Positions 8,182 to 17,903 of a DNA stretch of 48,973 bases are shown here, one piece after another. A model generated the notes under the pieces. It was not told where the DNA came from. It searched no databases and worked only from the letters and a program-made list of their open reading frames with translations. The stretch spans positions 1 to 48,973 of the forward strand of contig JAYGDX010000348.1 in NCBI GenBank assembly GCA_046582655.1, read 5' to 3'. The stretch is from Candidatus Poribacteria bacterium (GTDB lineage Bacteria > Poribacteria > WGA-4E > UBA9662). A program made the position numbers and the translations under genes. The stretch's first letter is position 1, and each line of letters opens with the position of its first letter.

Positions 8182-9435
8182 ATGCAAGATGCAAACTTCA
8201 GCCAGATTGATGGTGTAATTCCACAGGAAATTGTTGAGCCTTCGTCAGTTAGCGAAGTGCAGAGTATGTTAGATCAGGCAGTCAAAAAAAAACTGTCAGT
8301 CATTCCTGCAGGAAATGGATCAAAACTTTCAATCGGCAACCCACCAACACAAATTGATCTACTGATGACAATGAGAAAATTCGACAAAGTTGTTGAATAC
8401 ATACCAGATGATTTAACAATTACTGTTGGTTCCGGCATGCTATTGAAGGATGTGCAGAAAATTCTAGCCGATAATAACCAGTTGCTACCAACTAATCCTC
8501 CTTATGAAAATGATGCGACGATTGGTGGAGTCGTTGCCACAAATTCCAGTGGACCGCATCGATTGCGTTATGGTACAACAAGGGATTTAGTTCTTGGGCT
8601 ACGTGTTGTACAAGCTAGCGGTACAATAATTAAAGCGGGAGGAAAAGTTGTTAAGAATGTTGCTGGCTATGATATCAACAAATTGTATATTGCATCTTAT
8701 GGTACTCTAGGCATTATTACGGAAGCCTCCTTTAAACTTTTTCCTAAACCTGAGATTGAGCGAACGATGTTACTAACATTTAGCCAACACAGCAAAGCTA
8801 TTCGTGTCGCGACTGAGATCTTGAAATCGCAGTTGTTACCAGTGTTTGTTAATTTTTTCTCTACAGGCATACCTACCACTGAAGTTCTCGATCCGTGTCT
8901 TCTTGTTGGAATTGACGGGCATCCAGAAACGGTTAGCTGGCAAATTGATCAGATTAACTCAATAGCAGATCTAAATGGCGCAGTGAAAATAGAGGTCTAT
9001 AAGGATCAAAAACAATCAGAGTTAAGGTCCAGACTATGTGCCTTTCCTGAAGGGAAATGGTCAGACCCAGTGGTCATTTGCCGTATAAATATTAGGCCAT
9101 CTGATGTTAGTGATTTTATCTCGAGCGTGCTAGATATAGTCGACCCATTTTCTGTACATGCCATGTCACACATTGGTAATGGTACCGTTTATCTTATTTT
9201 GTCCGATTTCGTTGAAGAACAGTTTGATTTGCTGGCAACAATTCTCACTATATTAAGAAATCAAGTTGCCAATATACAAGGTAACCTCATCCTTGAAACA
9301 GCACCACTTGGCTTGAAAAATCTGATTGATGTTTGGGGTGAAGCCGGAAAGAAATCACAATTAATGACACAGATCAAGTCTAAGCTTGATCCAACTAATA
9401 TATTAAACCCTGGCCGTTTTGTCTCAGGTATTTGA
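8182..9435 (+). CDS. glcE: FAD-binding oxidoreductase, GlcE-like
   Basis: PAGNGSK, ATIGGVVATN.SGP.R..YG..RD.VLG, GGKVVKNVAGYD, LDP..ILNPGR; start moved to ATG 8182 to avoid a long overlap with the upstream gene. Confidence 0.85.
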   Translation: MQDANFSQIDGVIPQEIVEPSSVSEVQSMLDQAVKKKLSVIPAGNGSKLSIGNPPTQIDLLMTMRKFDKVVEYIPDDLTITVGSGMLLKDVQKILADNNQLLPTNPPYENDATIGGVVATNSSGPHRLRYGTTRDLVLGLRVVQASGTIIKAGGKVVKNVAGYDINKLYIASYGTLGIITEASFKLFPKPEIERTMLLTFSQHSKAIRVATEILKSQLLPVFVNFFSTGIPTTEVLDPCLLVGIDGHPETVSWQIDQINSIADLNGAVKIEVYKDQKQSELRSRLCAFPEGKWSDPVVICRINIRPSDVSDFISSVLDIVDPFSVHAMSHIGNGTVYLILSDFVEEQFDLLATILTILRNQVANIQGNLILETAPLGLKNLIDVWGEAGKKSQLMTQIKSKLDPTNILNPGRFVSGI

Positions 9436-10005
9436 ATGTATATTACGCAGCAAGTCCTAGATAATATTGAGCAAAAATATGGTCAGCCTCAAGTATGCCA
9501 TACTACGTGTGTGATGAGTAAGATCGAATTTGATTTGCTCAAATGGAGCATGCGTAAAGGGCGAGCACATGACGTAACACCATTTGTATTTCATAATTCC
9601 AACGTTGCTGTAATTCGAAAACCCAGTTATCCCAAAGGGGTTTATCGTCCTCCCAGTGGTGGAATTGAACCAGGAGAGGATTTTGCAAGTGGAATCAAAC
9701 GCGAAGCCTACGAAGAAATAGGACTACATATTGAAATAGAAAAATATATACTTAAGACATACGTCGATTTCCATTTTGAGGATGAAGTTGTCAACTGGAT
9801 AACCCATGTATTTACTGCTCAATCGACAACCAGCGATATCAACCCAATAGATCAAAAGGAAATTTCTAGTGCTCGTTGGGCAACAATAGAAGAGCTCGAA
9901 ACAACGCTTTTATCTGGTCTGCGAAGCGCTCCTGCTGCCGGGTTACAATACCGAGCGGAGATTCAAAATGCAACTTTGAAGATTATCAACGCAAAATACA
10001 GCTAG
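9436..10005 (+). CDS. NUDIX hydrolase
   Basis: Nudix box GGIEPGEDFASGIKREAYEEIG. Confidence 0.88.
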   Translation: MYITQQVLDNIEQKYGQPQVCHTTCVMSKIEFDLLKWSMRKGRAHDVTPFVFHNSNVAVIRKPSYPKGVYRPPSGGIEPGEDFASGIKREAYEEIGLHIEIEKYILKTYVDFHFEDEVVNWITHVFTAQSTTSDINPIDQKEISSARWATIEELETTLLSGLRSAPAAGLQYRAEIQNATLKIINAKYS

Positions 10006-10055
10006 GAGAAAGAAGAAATCAGATTTGAAATGCGATTGAATACCCATAAAGGAAA

Positions 10056-11951
10056 ATGCACACAAATCGTATTATATTAATTTTGATAATTGCAACATCA
10101 TTGGCTATTGGGCAATCTAATCCCTTTACTATCGCTGACTCCGTTGTTACTGTTGAGGTAGAAATCAATCCACCTATTGTTCGGGCCGGTGAGGTGCTTA
10201 CGGTAAAGACTAAGGCTCTCATAAAAACGGGGTTTCACATTTTTGCCACCAATAAGCACAGCGTAGGCCCTGTTGCCTCAAAGGTGACTATCAAGCCAGA
10301 TAACTTAATCGATGCCGTTGGCAAAACGTTAGAACCTGCTCCTTTAACCAAACATGATGAGGGTTTTCATGTTGATGTTCATTTCCATGAAGGAACTACT
10401 GTATTCGAAACACCGGTCAAGCTTAGTCCTGCCCTAAATCCTGGCGAATATTCACTTATAGTAGAACTGTTATATCAAGCCTGTGATCCACATATTTGTT
10501 TCCCTCCGAAAACCGAAAAAATTACTGTTCCTTTCTTAGTGGAAGAGGGAGATCCTAGAAACGGAAAAACCGAGTTAGCTGCGACTGGTGTTGCAGTTAA
10601 TAACGATAACATTGATTTGGAAGATGCCATAGCTAAGGGGATATTCTCTTTTGTTTTTCTGGCTATGTCCATGGGCTTTCTGTCACTGCTAACTCCATGT
10701 GTGTTTCCCATGGTTCCGATTACCGTTTCCTATTTCACCAAACAAGGCGAAGATGAAGGGAAGAAACCATTAACCCAAGCATTTGTTTATTCTTTAGGCA
10801 TTATTATTACCTATACCGTATTAGGATTAATATTAGCCATAACACTGGGCGCTTCAGGTGCAAATCAACTGGCTGCGAGTCCTTGGGTCAATCTGTTTAT
10901 TGGTTTTCTTTTTATATACTTTGCATTTTCGCTTTTCGGTATGTATGAAATACAACTCCCGGCAGCTCTTAGACAATTTTCGTTCAAACAAGAAGGGAGA
11001 GGCGGATACGTGGGGACTCTCTTCATGGCGTTGACTTTTACCGTGACCTCTTTTACTTGTACGGTACAGTTTGTCGGTTTGCTTCTGGTGGCAGCAGTTC
11101 AGGGAGATTGGCTTTGGCCGCTAATTGGAATGTTGTTCTTTTCAGCAGCGTTTGCTGTTCCTTTTTTCTTTTTGGCACTTTTTCCTCAATACTTGGCAAA
11201 AATACCTAAAAGTGGTGGCTGGCTCAACTCAGTGAAAGTGGTAATGGGGTTTCTTGAACTTGCAGCATCATGTAAATTTCTTAGCAACGTAGATTTAGTG
11301 TGGAATTGGGGTTTCTTTACTCGTTCCAGTGTCCTCGCTGCATGGGTAGTGATTGCGTTTCTAACCGGTCTATATCTGATTGGAAAACTTCGTCTGCCAC
11401 ACGATCCAGAATTGGAAACCATTAGTGTGCCTCGTCTGATGATCAGCATCATACTTTTCACTTTTTCCCTTTATATGTCAAAAGGACTGGTGGGGCATTC
11501 CCTACACAGCCTAATTGACGCCTATCTGCCACCAGATTTGCAAAGTCGGTTTGGTCATACGTCTAATATCGAGGTACCGGATAATAGTTTGGCATGGATT
11601 ATGGAATTCGATGAAGGGCTCAAGCAGTCGGGACAAACAGGAAAGCCGATGTTCGTTAATTTTACCGGTTATACTTGTACTAACTGTCGCTGGATGGAAT
11701 CCAACATGTTTAAGGACCCCAAAATTGTATCTCGTTTAAAAAAGTTCGTATTAATAGAGTTATTTACAGACGGTGGAGCAAACAAAGATAAAAACCAACA
11801 GATGGAAATAGAACGATTTGGGACAGCAGCTTTGCCATTTTATGTTGTTCTCTCATCGGAAAATCGCGAGATTTCCAGGTTCCCTGGTTTAACACGTGAT
11901 AAAAACCGATTTATCGAGTTTTTGGATCAGGGACTTGTTTTGGAAAAGTGA
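10056..11951 (+). CDS. dsbD: Thiol:disulfide interchange protein DsbD/ScsB-like
   Basis: Signal peptide; N-domain QACDPHICFPP; TM domain LTPCVFPM and SFTCT; PKSGGWLN; thioredoxin CTNC. Confidence 0.9.
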   Translation: MHTNRIILILIIATSLAIGQSNPFTIADSVVTVEVEINPPIVRAGEVLTVKTKALIKTGFHIFATNKHSVGPVASKVTIKPDNLIDAVGKTLEPAPLTKHDEGFHVDVHFHEGTTVFETPVKLSPALNPGEYSLIVELLYQACDPHICFPPKTEKITVPFLVEEGDPRNGKTELAATGVAVNNDNIDLEDAIAKGIFSFVFLAMSMGFLSLLTPCVFPMVPITVSYFTKQGEDEGKKPLTQAFVYSLGIIITYTVLGLILAITLGASGANQLAASPWVNLFIGFLFIYFAFSLFGMYEIQLPAALRQFSFKQEGRGGYVGTLFMALTFTVTSFTCTVQFVGLLLVAAVQGDWLWPLIGMLFFSAAFAVPFFFLALFPQYLAKIPKSGGWLNSVKVVMGFLELAASCKFLSNVDLVWNWGFFTRSSVLAAWVVIAFLTGLYLIGKLRLPHDPELETISVPRLMISIILFTFSLYMSKGLVGHSLHSLIDAYLPPDLQSRFGHTSNIEVPDNSLAWIMEFDEGLKQSGQTGKPMFVNFTGYTCTNCRWMESNMFKDPKIVSRLKKFVLIELFTDGGANKDKNQQMEIERFGTAALPFYVVLSSENREISRFPGLTRDKNRFIEFLDQGLVLEK

Positions 11952-11976
11952 TTTAGGAGCAAAGACGATTAAACAA

Positions 11977-13023
11977 ATGAAAAAAACGAGAAAATGGCTT
12001 ATCTATTTTGAGATATTTGTTGTGCTTACCTTTTTTGCAGTTATCTTTGTTAATGTGACGCGTTCTTATACAGAGCCGAGCCTCGAATTTGAGTTGGGAC
12101 TGGAAGAGCTAATAAAGGAGGCGGATCAATTATACGAAATCCAAGACCTGCCTAGAGCATTAGTAAAGTATTGGGGTATCATCAACAAAACGGGAAGTCA
12201 GAAAGAACCGAAGAATTTACTCCATACTAGGATACGTGTGTCTGAAATTTACTTCAGAAGCAATTGGAATAAGGATGCACTAGATCACCTGACTCGTGCG
12301 GCAGAACTAGATCGAAACAATACGGATCTACGACTGCTTCAAGGTAAGTTATACAAAGACAATGGTCAAAGGGAGTTGGCAGCACAGGAATTCTTAGCAG
12401 TAGTTAACAAGGATTCCACAAATTTTGAAGCTCATTATTTGCTTGGAGTTCTATTTCAAGGAGCTCGTCAATTCGAGCAAGCAATCGATAAGTACCAGCA
12501 AGCAATTAAATACGACCGACAGATGATCCATCAACCGTTTGAACTAGCGCCAGTCGGTCAACTCGCTAGGCTACAGTTATCACGGACCTATAGGCAGATA
12601 CTTCAAAGTTATCAGTCTTCGGATGAGGAAAGCGAAAAATCCGACTCGGACGAGATTGAGAGGATCGAGAATCAAGCAATTACGCTTCTTGAAGATGCTG
12701 TTGATATCAATGACAAGTTTGTAGAAGCACGTCAAGAATTGATAGGACTATTATATAGACGGGCATCAATTCTAGGCCGGGGGGAAGGCGTCCGCTCTTA
12801 CGACCAAGCACTTGACGTCTACCAGCAAATTGTGAAATTAAACCCTAGCGAAATCGACGCTTGGCAGTGGATTGGTCAAATCTACAGGTCGTTTTTAGAT
12901 GACCCAAAAGCAGCGCTGGAAGCTTATCAAGAAGCTTACGAACTGGAATCTGATGTGGGGATACTAGCGGAAATTGAAACTCTTAAGGATGAAATCAAAA
13001 AAATGGGGTTGAAAGAACAATAA
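11977..13023 (+). CDS. Membrane-anchored tetratricopeptide repeat protein
   Basis: N-terminal TM; TPR-like units (EAHYLLGVLF..A..YQQAI; DAWQWIGQIY..A..AYQEAY). Confidence 0.8.
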   Translation: MKKTRKWLIYFEIFVVLTFFAVIFVNVTRSYTEPSLEFELGLEELIKEADQLYEIQDLPRALVKYWGIINKTGSQKEPKNLLHTRIRVSEIYFRSNWNKDALDHLTRAAELDRNNTDLRLLQGKLYKDNGQRELAAQEFLAVVNKDSTNFEAHYLLGVLFQGARQFEQAIDKYQQAIKYDRQMIHQPFELAPVGQLARLQLSRTYRQILQSYQSSDEESEKSDSDEIERIENQAITLLEDAVDINDKFVEARQELIGLLYRRASILGRGEGVRSYDQALDVYQQIVKLNPSEIDAWQWIGQIYRSFLDDPKAALEAYQEAYELESDVGILAEIETLKDEIKKMGLKEQ

Positions 13024-13056
13024 ACAAAGTAATCGGAAACTGGTTTTTCCAGCTTT

Positions 13057-13671
13057 TTATAAAAGCCTTGAGTAATATTCAACAACCAACTGAATATCCA
13101 AAGAAAAAGGGACAGTTTCGATTGTTGGCAACGAATTGATGGAGGCGGTTTTGTTGTCCGAATCCAATCCAATCCAGTCAGTGCTTGAGAGTGATGGATT
13201 TTCAAGGGACACCTCAATACACTCCAAGTTCATGCTTTTCTGACGCGGCGCGACTACGTCGCCAGCATCAACGCAATAAGAAGGAATATTTACCTTCTTT
13301 CTGTTAACAGTAAAATGCCCATGATTTACTAACTGACGTGCGGCAGGAATTGTGGGTGCAAACCCTGCACGAAAGACGACGTTATCCAAACGGCGCTCAA
13401 GCAGTTCCATTAATTTATCACCTGCAGCCATTTTACTTTGACGTGCTTCCAACATAAGCCGTCGAAGTTGCTTTTCATTCAGTCCATAGTTAAAGCGAAC
13501 CTTTTGCTTTTCAACTAACCTTATACCATAATCTGACGCTTTTCGACGATAACTTTGACCATGCTCGCCTGGGATATATGGTCGATCTCTCTGTGACTTA
13601 CGAGAGAGTCCGGGTAAATCAACACCAAAGGCACGAAGCTTTTTTACTTTCGGCCCAGTATATCGACTCAT
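13057..13671 (-). CDS. rpsD: 30S ribosomal protein S4, standalone Cys-free-type copy
   Basis: MSRYTGP, PGEHG, EKQK.RF.YG, LERRLDNVVFR.GFA.T...ARQLV.HGH, VVEYYSR. Confidence 0.95.
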   Translation of the reverse strand: MSRYTGPKVKKLRAFGVDLPGLSRKSQRDRPYIPGEHGQSYRRKASDYGIRLVEKQKVRFNYGLNEKQLRRLMLEARQSKMAAGDKLMELLERRLDNVVFRAGFAPTIPAARQLVNHGHFTVNRKKVNIPSYCVDAGDVVAPRQKSMNLECIEVSLENPSLSSTDWIGLDSDNKTASINSLPTIETVPFSLDIQLVVEYYSRLL

Positions 13672-13852
13672 AAATAATTTTTCTCCATCCAATCAAACTA
13701 ATTTGAAAGCATTATCTTATTCCAAAAGGGGAATAATAACATTTACAATAGAGAATATCAAATAAATTGAGGTGAATTTGCACGTCAGATTGTTGTTAAA
13801 TGAGAATTATATGGGATTTCCGTCTGAGATTATCCTCTCTAAATTTCTTTGC

Positions 13853-14446
13853 TTAGGCTGTAACGCGAAATAACTCACTGAATAATTTCCGTCTGGCTTT
13901 TGGTATTTCTGCTGGATAACCTGTGTACAGAAATCCAATAATTTCTTCTTCTTCGTAGTTAATTCCAATCAAAGTATGCGTTTCCTTCTCGCGGGTGATC
14001 GGTCCCGTGCTCCATTGCATGCCGATACCATGACTCCAAGCAGCCAACTGGATGTTTTGTATAGCACAACAAGTAGCAGCATAGTCTTCCCGTTGTTCAA
14101 AATTGTTACCTGACTTGATATAAGAGACTGCAACGATGACTGGTTTTGACATAAATTTATCATAACCTTTTTGGCCAACGCTCGTTTGCTGCTGTTCGTT
14201 GGCGTGCTCAATAACTTTTTCGATTTGAATCTCTCTATACCGTCCAGCCAAGATCAGTTTTTTTTTCTCACCAATTATGGTGAAACGCCATGGTTCAGTA
14301 AGTCGATGATTGGGTGCCCAAATACCAAAGGCCAAAACCTCTTCAATTTCTTCTCTTGCTGGTTTTTCCAACTTGAAATTGAAGATCGTGCGCCGTGACT
14401 GAATTGCTTCTGTGACCGACAGCGTTTTATTTCCTAATTCGTTCAT
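13853..14446 (-). CDS. Nitroreductase family protein (YdjA-like)
   Basis: RRTIFNF, WAPNH.LTEPWRF, EDYAA..CAIQN..LAAW..G; AGGAGA RBS. Confidence 0.88.
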   Translation of the reverse strand: MNELGNKTLSVTEAIQSRRTIFNFKLEKPAREEIEEVLAFGIWAPNHRLTEPWRFTIIGEKKKLILAGRYREIQIEKVIEHANEQQQTSVGQKGYDKFMSKPVIVAVSYIKSGNNFEQREDYAATCCAIQNIQLAAWSHGIGMQWSTGPITREKETHTLIGINYEEEEIIGFLYTGYPAEIPKARRKLFSELFRVTA

Positions 14447-14865
14447 ATTTTCTCCTAAATGCGTGGAAATTACTTTCACATTTTTGCAGTAATTATTTTC
14501 ATACCCAGATTCTAAACAGACTTCACCAAGTCAATGATGAGTTCATTGTATCCAAAAATCTATTCTAAGCGCCAGTCACAAATGGCAACGTGGTTAGTTT
14601 TAACATCCAAAAGCTAGTACCTAAAAAAATGGTGTTGATTCGAGAGCCAGATTTTGGTTTGCTACTCTGCAGATTCCTGCTTAAAATATTAGATCTCTAT
14701 CAAGTCTAGCCCAATTTAGGGATAATTTAAAGATAAATAGCCGTTCGAAATTACTCACAAATGTATGTTTTTTTGGTCTGATCGGAAACTCAACAATGAA
14801 ATCGTTAATTTGCCTCCTTTAATAGAGTATAATAACTATCGTCTAAATAAACTTATGCATAGAGG

Positions 14866-15597
14866 TTGATGATGAAAATTTTCAAAATTTCAGTTGGGGT
14901 TTTGATGATTCTAGCAGTAACAACATCAGTTAGTAACGGTCAAATCTATTTCAAGGACAATTTTGACAATCCTAAAGAATCAGAAAAAAAGTGGCATGTC
15001 TTATATGGGGATTGGCAATTCAAAAATAAAGAATATCATCAGCTTATGCTTGAACCCAATTGCATGAGTGTTGTTTCAGATGAATATTGGGATGAAAAGT
15101 GGGATAACTATACCTATGAAGTAAAAGGGAACGCAATCAAGGGAGCAGAAGGCTTTTTGATTATGTTCCGTTGTAGAGGACTCATGCAACCACGTGGAAA
15201 AGCATTAAAAAAACCACCTGCTAGAATGAAGGATCAAAAGTCGTCCCTTGAATACTGGTGGAATCTCGGTGGATGGGGAAATACCCGTTCCAAAGTCGAA
15301 TCCTGGGGGGGAATCGGTGGTGCTGATAGTGGGGATACAATCAAATATGGAGATTCGTATGACATTAAGATTGTCAATACTCCTAAATCTTATACTGTAA
15401 TTCTTAATGACAAAGAGGTTGCTTCGGTTGAAGATACCTCTCAAGATGGTGTAGGAAGAATTGGACTGGCAACTTGGAGCACCGCTGCCAAATATGACGA
15501 AGTCATCGTATATGGCCCAGACGGCCCCAAATTGGTTAGCTCTCAAGGAAAAGTATCAACAGCATGGGCTGATATTAAATCCAACTTAAAACAGTAA
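14866..15597 (+). CDS. Secreted beta-sandwich protein (DUF1080/ConA-like, tentative) with C-terminal GK-x-T-x-W tail
   Basis: Signal peptide; FKDNFD start; GRIGLATW..AKYDEVIV end; tail VSSQGKVSTAWADIK. Confidence 0.7.
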   Translation: MMMKIFKISVGVLMILAVTTSVSNGQIYFKDNFDNPKESEKKWHVLYGDWQFKNKEYHQLMLEPNCMSVVSDEYWDEKWDNYTYEVKGNAIKGAEGFLIMFRCRGLMQPRGKALKKPPARMKDQKSSLEYWWNLGGWGNTRSKVESWGGIGGADSGDTIKYGDSYDIKIVNTPKSYTVILNDKEVASVEDTSQDGVGRIGLATWSTAAKYDEVIVYGPDGPKLVSSQGKVSTAWADIKSNLKQ

Positions 15598-15794
15598 TCA
15601 ATATTAGCATTAGTAGAATATAGGACGGGTTTCTTTTCATCCTAATCTTCCAACATTCCTAAACTTGAATTAAACTGCTGGAACTTCATTTTATCTCATT
15701 TCATATTTTTTAAAATCTGCTATGTTTCAATAACAAACGGTGATGAAGGTCATTCAAGTCTGGGAAAAACATGAAAATTCAAAGAGGATACCCG

Positions 15795-16241
15795 ATGAGT
15801 CTCTCTGAGGAACTTATAGCCGTGATGCGGGATAATCTGCAAGAGACGACACACAGCGTGCGAATACCACCTCCTGCATTTGATGCGATGAAAGGCGAAA
15901 TTATTAAATTTAATCAGGAGAAAAGCATATTGACAGTTAGATTTCCAATCCTTCAAAAACACCTAAACCCATTTGGTAATATGCAAGGGGGCATGATTGC
16001 GGCAGCTGTTGATAATGCCGTAGGTCCTTTGAGTATGTTGGTAGCACCTCCCAATTTTACTCGTAACTTGGAAATGAAATATAGGAAAGTAATCAATTCA
16101 GACCTAGATAACATTATAGTTATTGCGAAGTTCGTTCAACAGAAGAAACGATTCCTTCACTTTGAAGCAACTGTTTTAGATAATTTAGGTAACGAACTAG
16201 CAGCGGCAAAAGCAGTAAACTGGATTGTCGATAAAGAATAA
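15795..16241 (+). CDS. PaaI-family hotdog-fold thioesterase
   Basis: NPFGNMQGGMIAAAVD motif; AGAGGA RBS. Confidence 0.85.
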   Translation: MSLSEELIAVMRDNLQETTHSVRIPPPAFDAMKGEIIKFNQEKSILTVRFPILQKHLNPFGNMQGGMIAAAVDNAVGPLSMLVAPPNFTRNLEMKYRKVINSDLDNIIVIAKFVQQKKRFLHFEATVLDNLGNELAAAKAVNWIVDKE

Positions 16242-16260
16242 AGGATAAGGCAATACCAAG

Positions 16261-16395
16261 ATGATGCCTATTCTTCTTGGAGGTTATATGGTGGCGGGAA
16301 AGAACTTCGTGGGGAAACGGCTGGCCATAGACCTTGGATGACGTTTGTTATATTGACAAGACATGTTGGGAGTACGTTTTGTTGATTCACATTAG
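16261..16395 (+). pseudogene. Possible decayed N-terminus of a shikimate/gluconate kinase-type P-loop protein
   Basis: Manual translation MMPILLGGYMVAGKNFVGKRLAIDLG*RLLY*QDMLGVRFVDSH resembles I.L.G.MG.GKS.VG..LA..LGW.F.D. Confidence 0.4.
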
Positions 16396-16517
16396 TGACT
16401 TGGGATACAGGTAGGAGATCGAGATAACACGGTTTGTCAAACCGTGGTGCGTCCTTTGGAGTATGAGACAGAATAGCAGAATAGGAATTTGAAATCCTAG
16501 TGCAGGAGGTTTAAACT

Positions 16518-16550
16518 AAAAAAAGCGTTGAAGATGAAAACTTCAACGCT
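16518..16550 (-). terminator. Intrinsic terminator for the rhodanese gene
   Basis: 10-bp stem AGCGTTGAAG/CTTCAACGCT preceded by A7 on the + strand (U-tract on the - strand). Confidence 0.8.
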
Positions 16551-16573
16551 GAAAGTCGGTTTTAATTCGGATT

Positions 16574-16966
16574 TTATCCGTCGAAATCTTCAGTTGGAGC
16601 ATTTGCTTCTGTCCAAGCGGCCATTCCACCTTCAATATTGGAAACATTTTTAAATCCCATTTCCTTAAGGGCTTTACCGGAAAGGGCAGCTTGTCCCCCC
16701 AGACCACAGGTAACTACAATGTGTTTCTCCGGATCAAGTTCTGGTTTATGGAAAGCCTCAAATTCCGGATCCGCATAAAATTCAAGCAGTCCACGCGGCG
16801 CATTAATCCCCTTTGGAATAATACCAGTTTCCGCTACTGAGTCGGGGTCTCGCACATCAACGAAGACGACATCCAAATTTCCAATTAGTGATTGAGCCTC
16901 TTCAACCGAAATTACGTTGAGCATTGAATTAGCTTCTGCAACAAGCTCTAGGGCGCTTTTTCCCAC
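16574..16966 (-). CDS. Single-domain rhodanese-like sulfurtransferase
   Basis: FVDVR, IP.GINAPRG.LEF, active-site CGLGGQA, IEGG.AAW; GGAGG RBS with GTG start. Confidence 0.9.
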   Translation of the reverse strand: MGKSALELVAEANSMLNVISVEEAQSLIGNLDVVFVDVRDPDSVAETGIIPKGINAPRGLLEFYADPEFEAFHKPELDPEKHIVVTCGLGGQAALSGKALKEMGFKNVSNIEGGMAAWTEANAPTEDFDG

Positions 16967-17060
16967 GAGTTTACAACCTCCTGCCTTTTCATAATAACTT
17001 ACTTTTTGTTATTAGTCAGGTGTTTAATAGCAAAAACCCACCTAATCAATAAACGTGCGT

Positions 17061-17090
17061 ATTATATCACAATTAAGGTGGCTGTAACAA
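17061..17090 (-). promoter_or_regulatory. Putative promoter for the rhodanese gene
   Basis: On the - strand TTGTTA-18 nt-TATAAT with an extended -10 (TGaTATAAT). Confidence 0.5.
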
Positions 17091-17903
17091 ATAAAAGACA
17101 GCTTTTACAGTACCTTTTTAAGGCTAATAGCCAAATGACTTTACCACCATTGTCACTATCTTTTTCAGGATGATAACTGATCTGGATATTTTTGACGAAA
17201 AAAAATACTTAAATCAAAAGAAATAGCAGATAGATCGAATAGTAGCAAAATCAAAGTATGAAGATTGAAATTGACTGGTATCTTGTATCTTGACTGTAGC
17301 TCAATTTAGAAGAGGATAGCATAATAATGTATAGCTTCCTGAAAAAATGGAGGCTGCCTAAAGACAAAGAACTAATAAACATAAAAAGGTGACAAACCAT
17401 CCGCTAAACCATGGGAGCTTGTTACTTTTGAGTCCTGGGCACGATTCTTTGTTTACCTTATATCGTAGCAGGTCCCCCTCTCACCAGTGCAGATCCGAAG
17501 TATCTTTTCCTGCCTGACCATTGGCTATTATTATTGCATCGGCCAGAAAAAGGGAGACACGCGCAACAACCTTTTGACTGAGCCGAAGGATGCCTATCAG
17601 ACTTTGATTTCCTCAACGTCGTTGTCATGCTCAAACTCAAAAGTTTCAACGATTTTTACACGATCAAGGTAGTTGGAAGCTACATCAATAAATCTGAGAG
17701 CCACTATTGAAGACGACAAAGAATTCTCCGTCAAAGTCCTAGTAGAACATGCATTTAGCAAGAACGACGCGCTGCCACTGACGAATGATCAGAAAGTGGC
17801 AATCGAGAACTAACCCACAGGTGCATCTATTGTGAGCATGTGATTAGAAAGTTAAAAATGCATTTCCGAACTTTGTCTCAATTATTGAATTCTGCCAGTA
17901 GGT

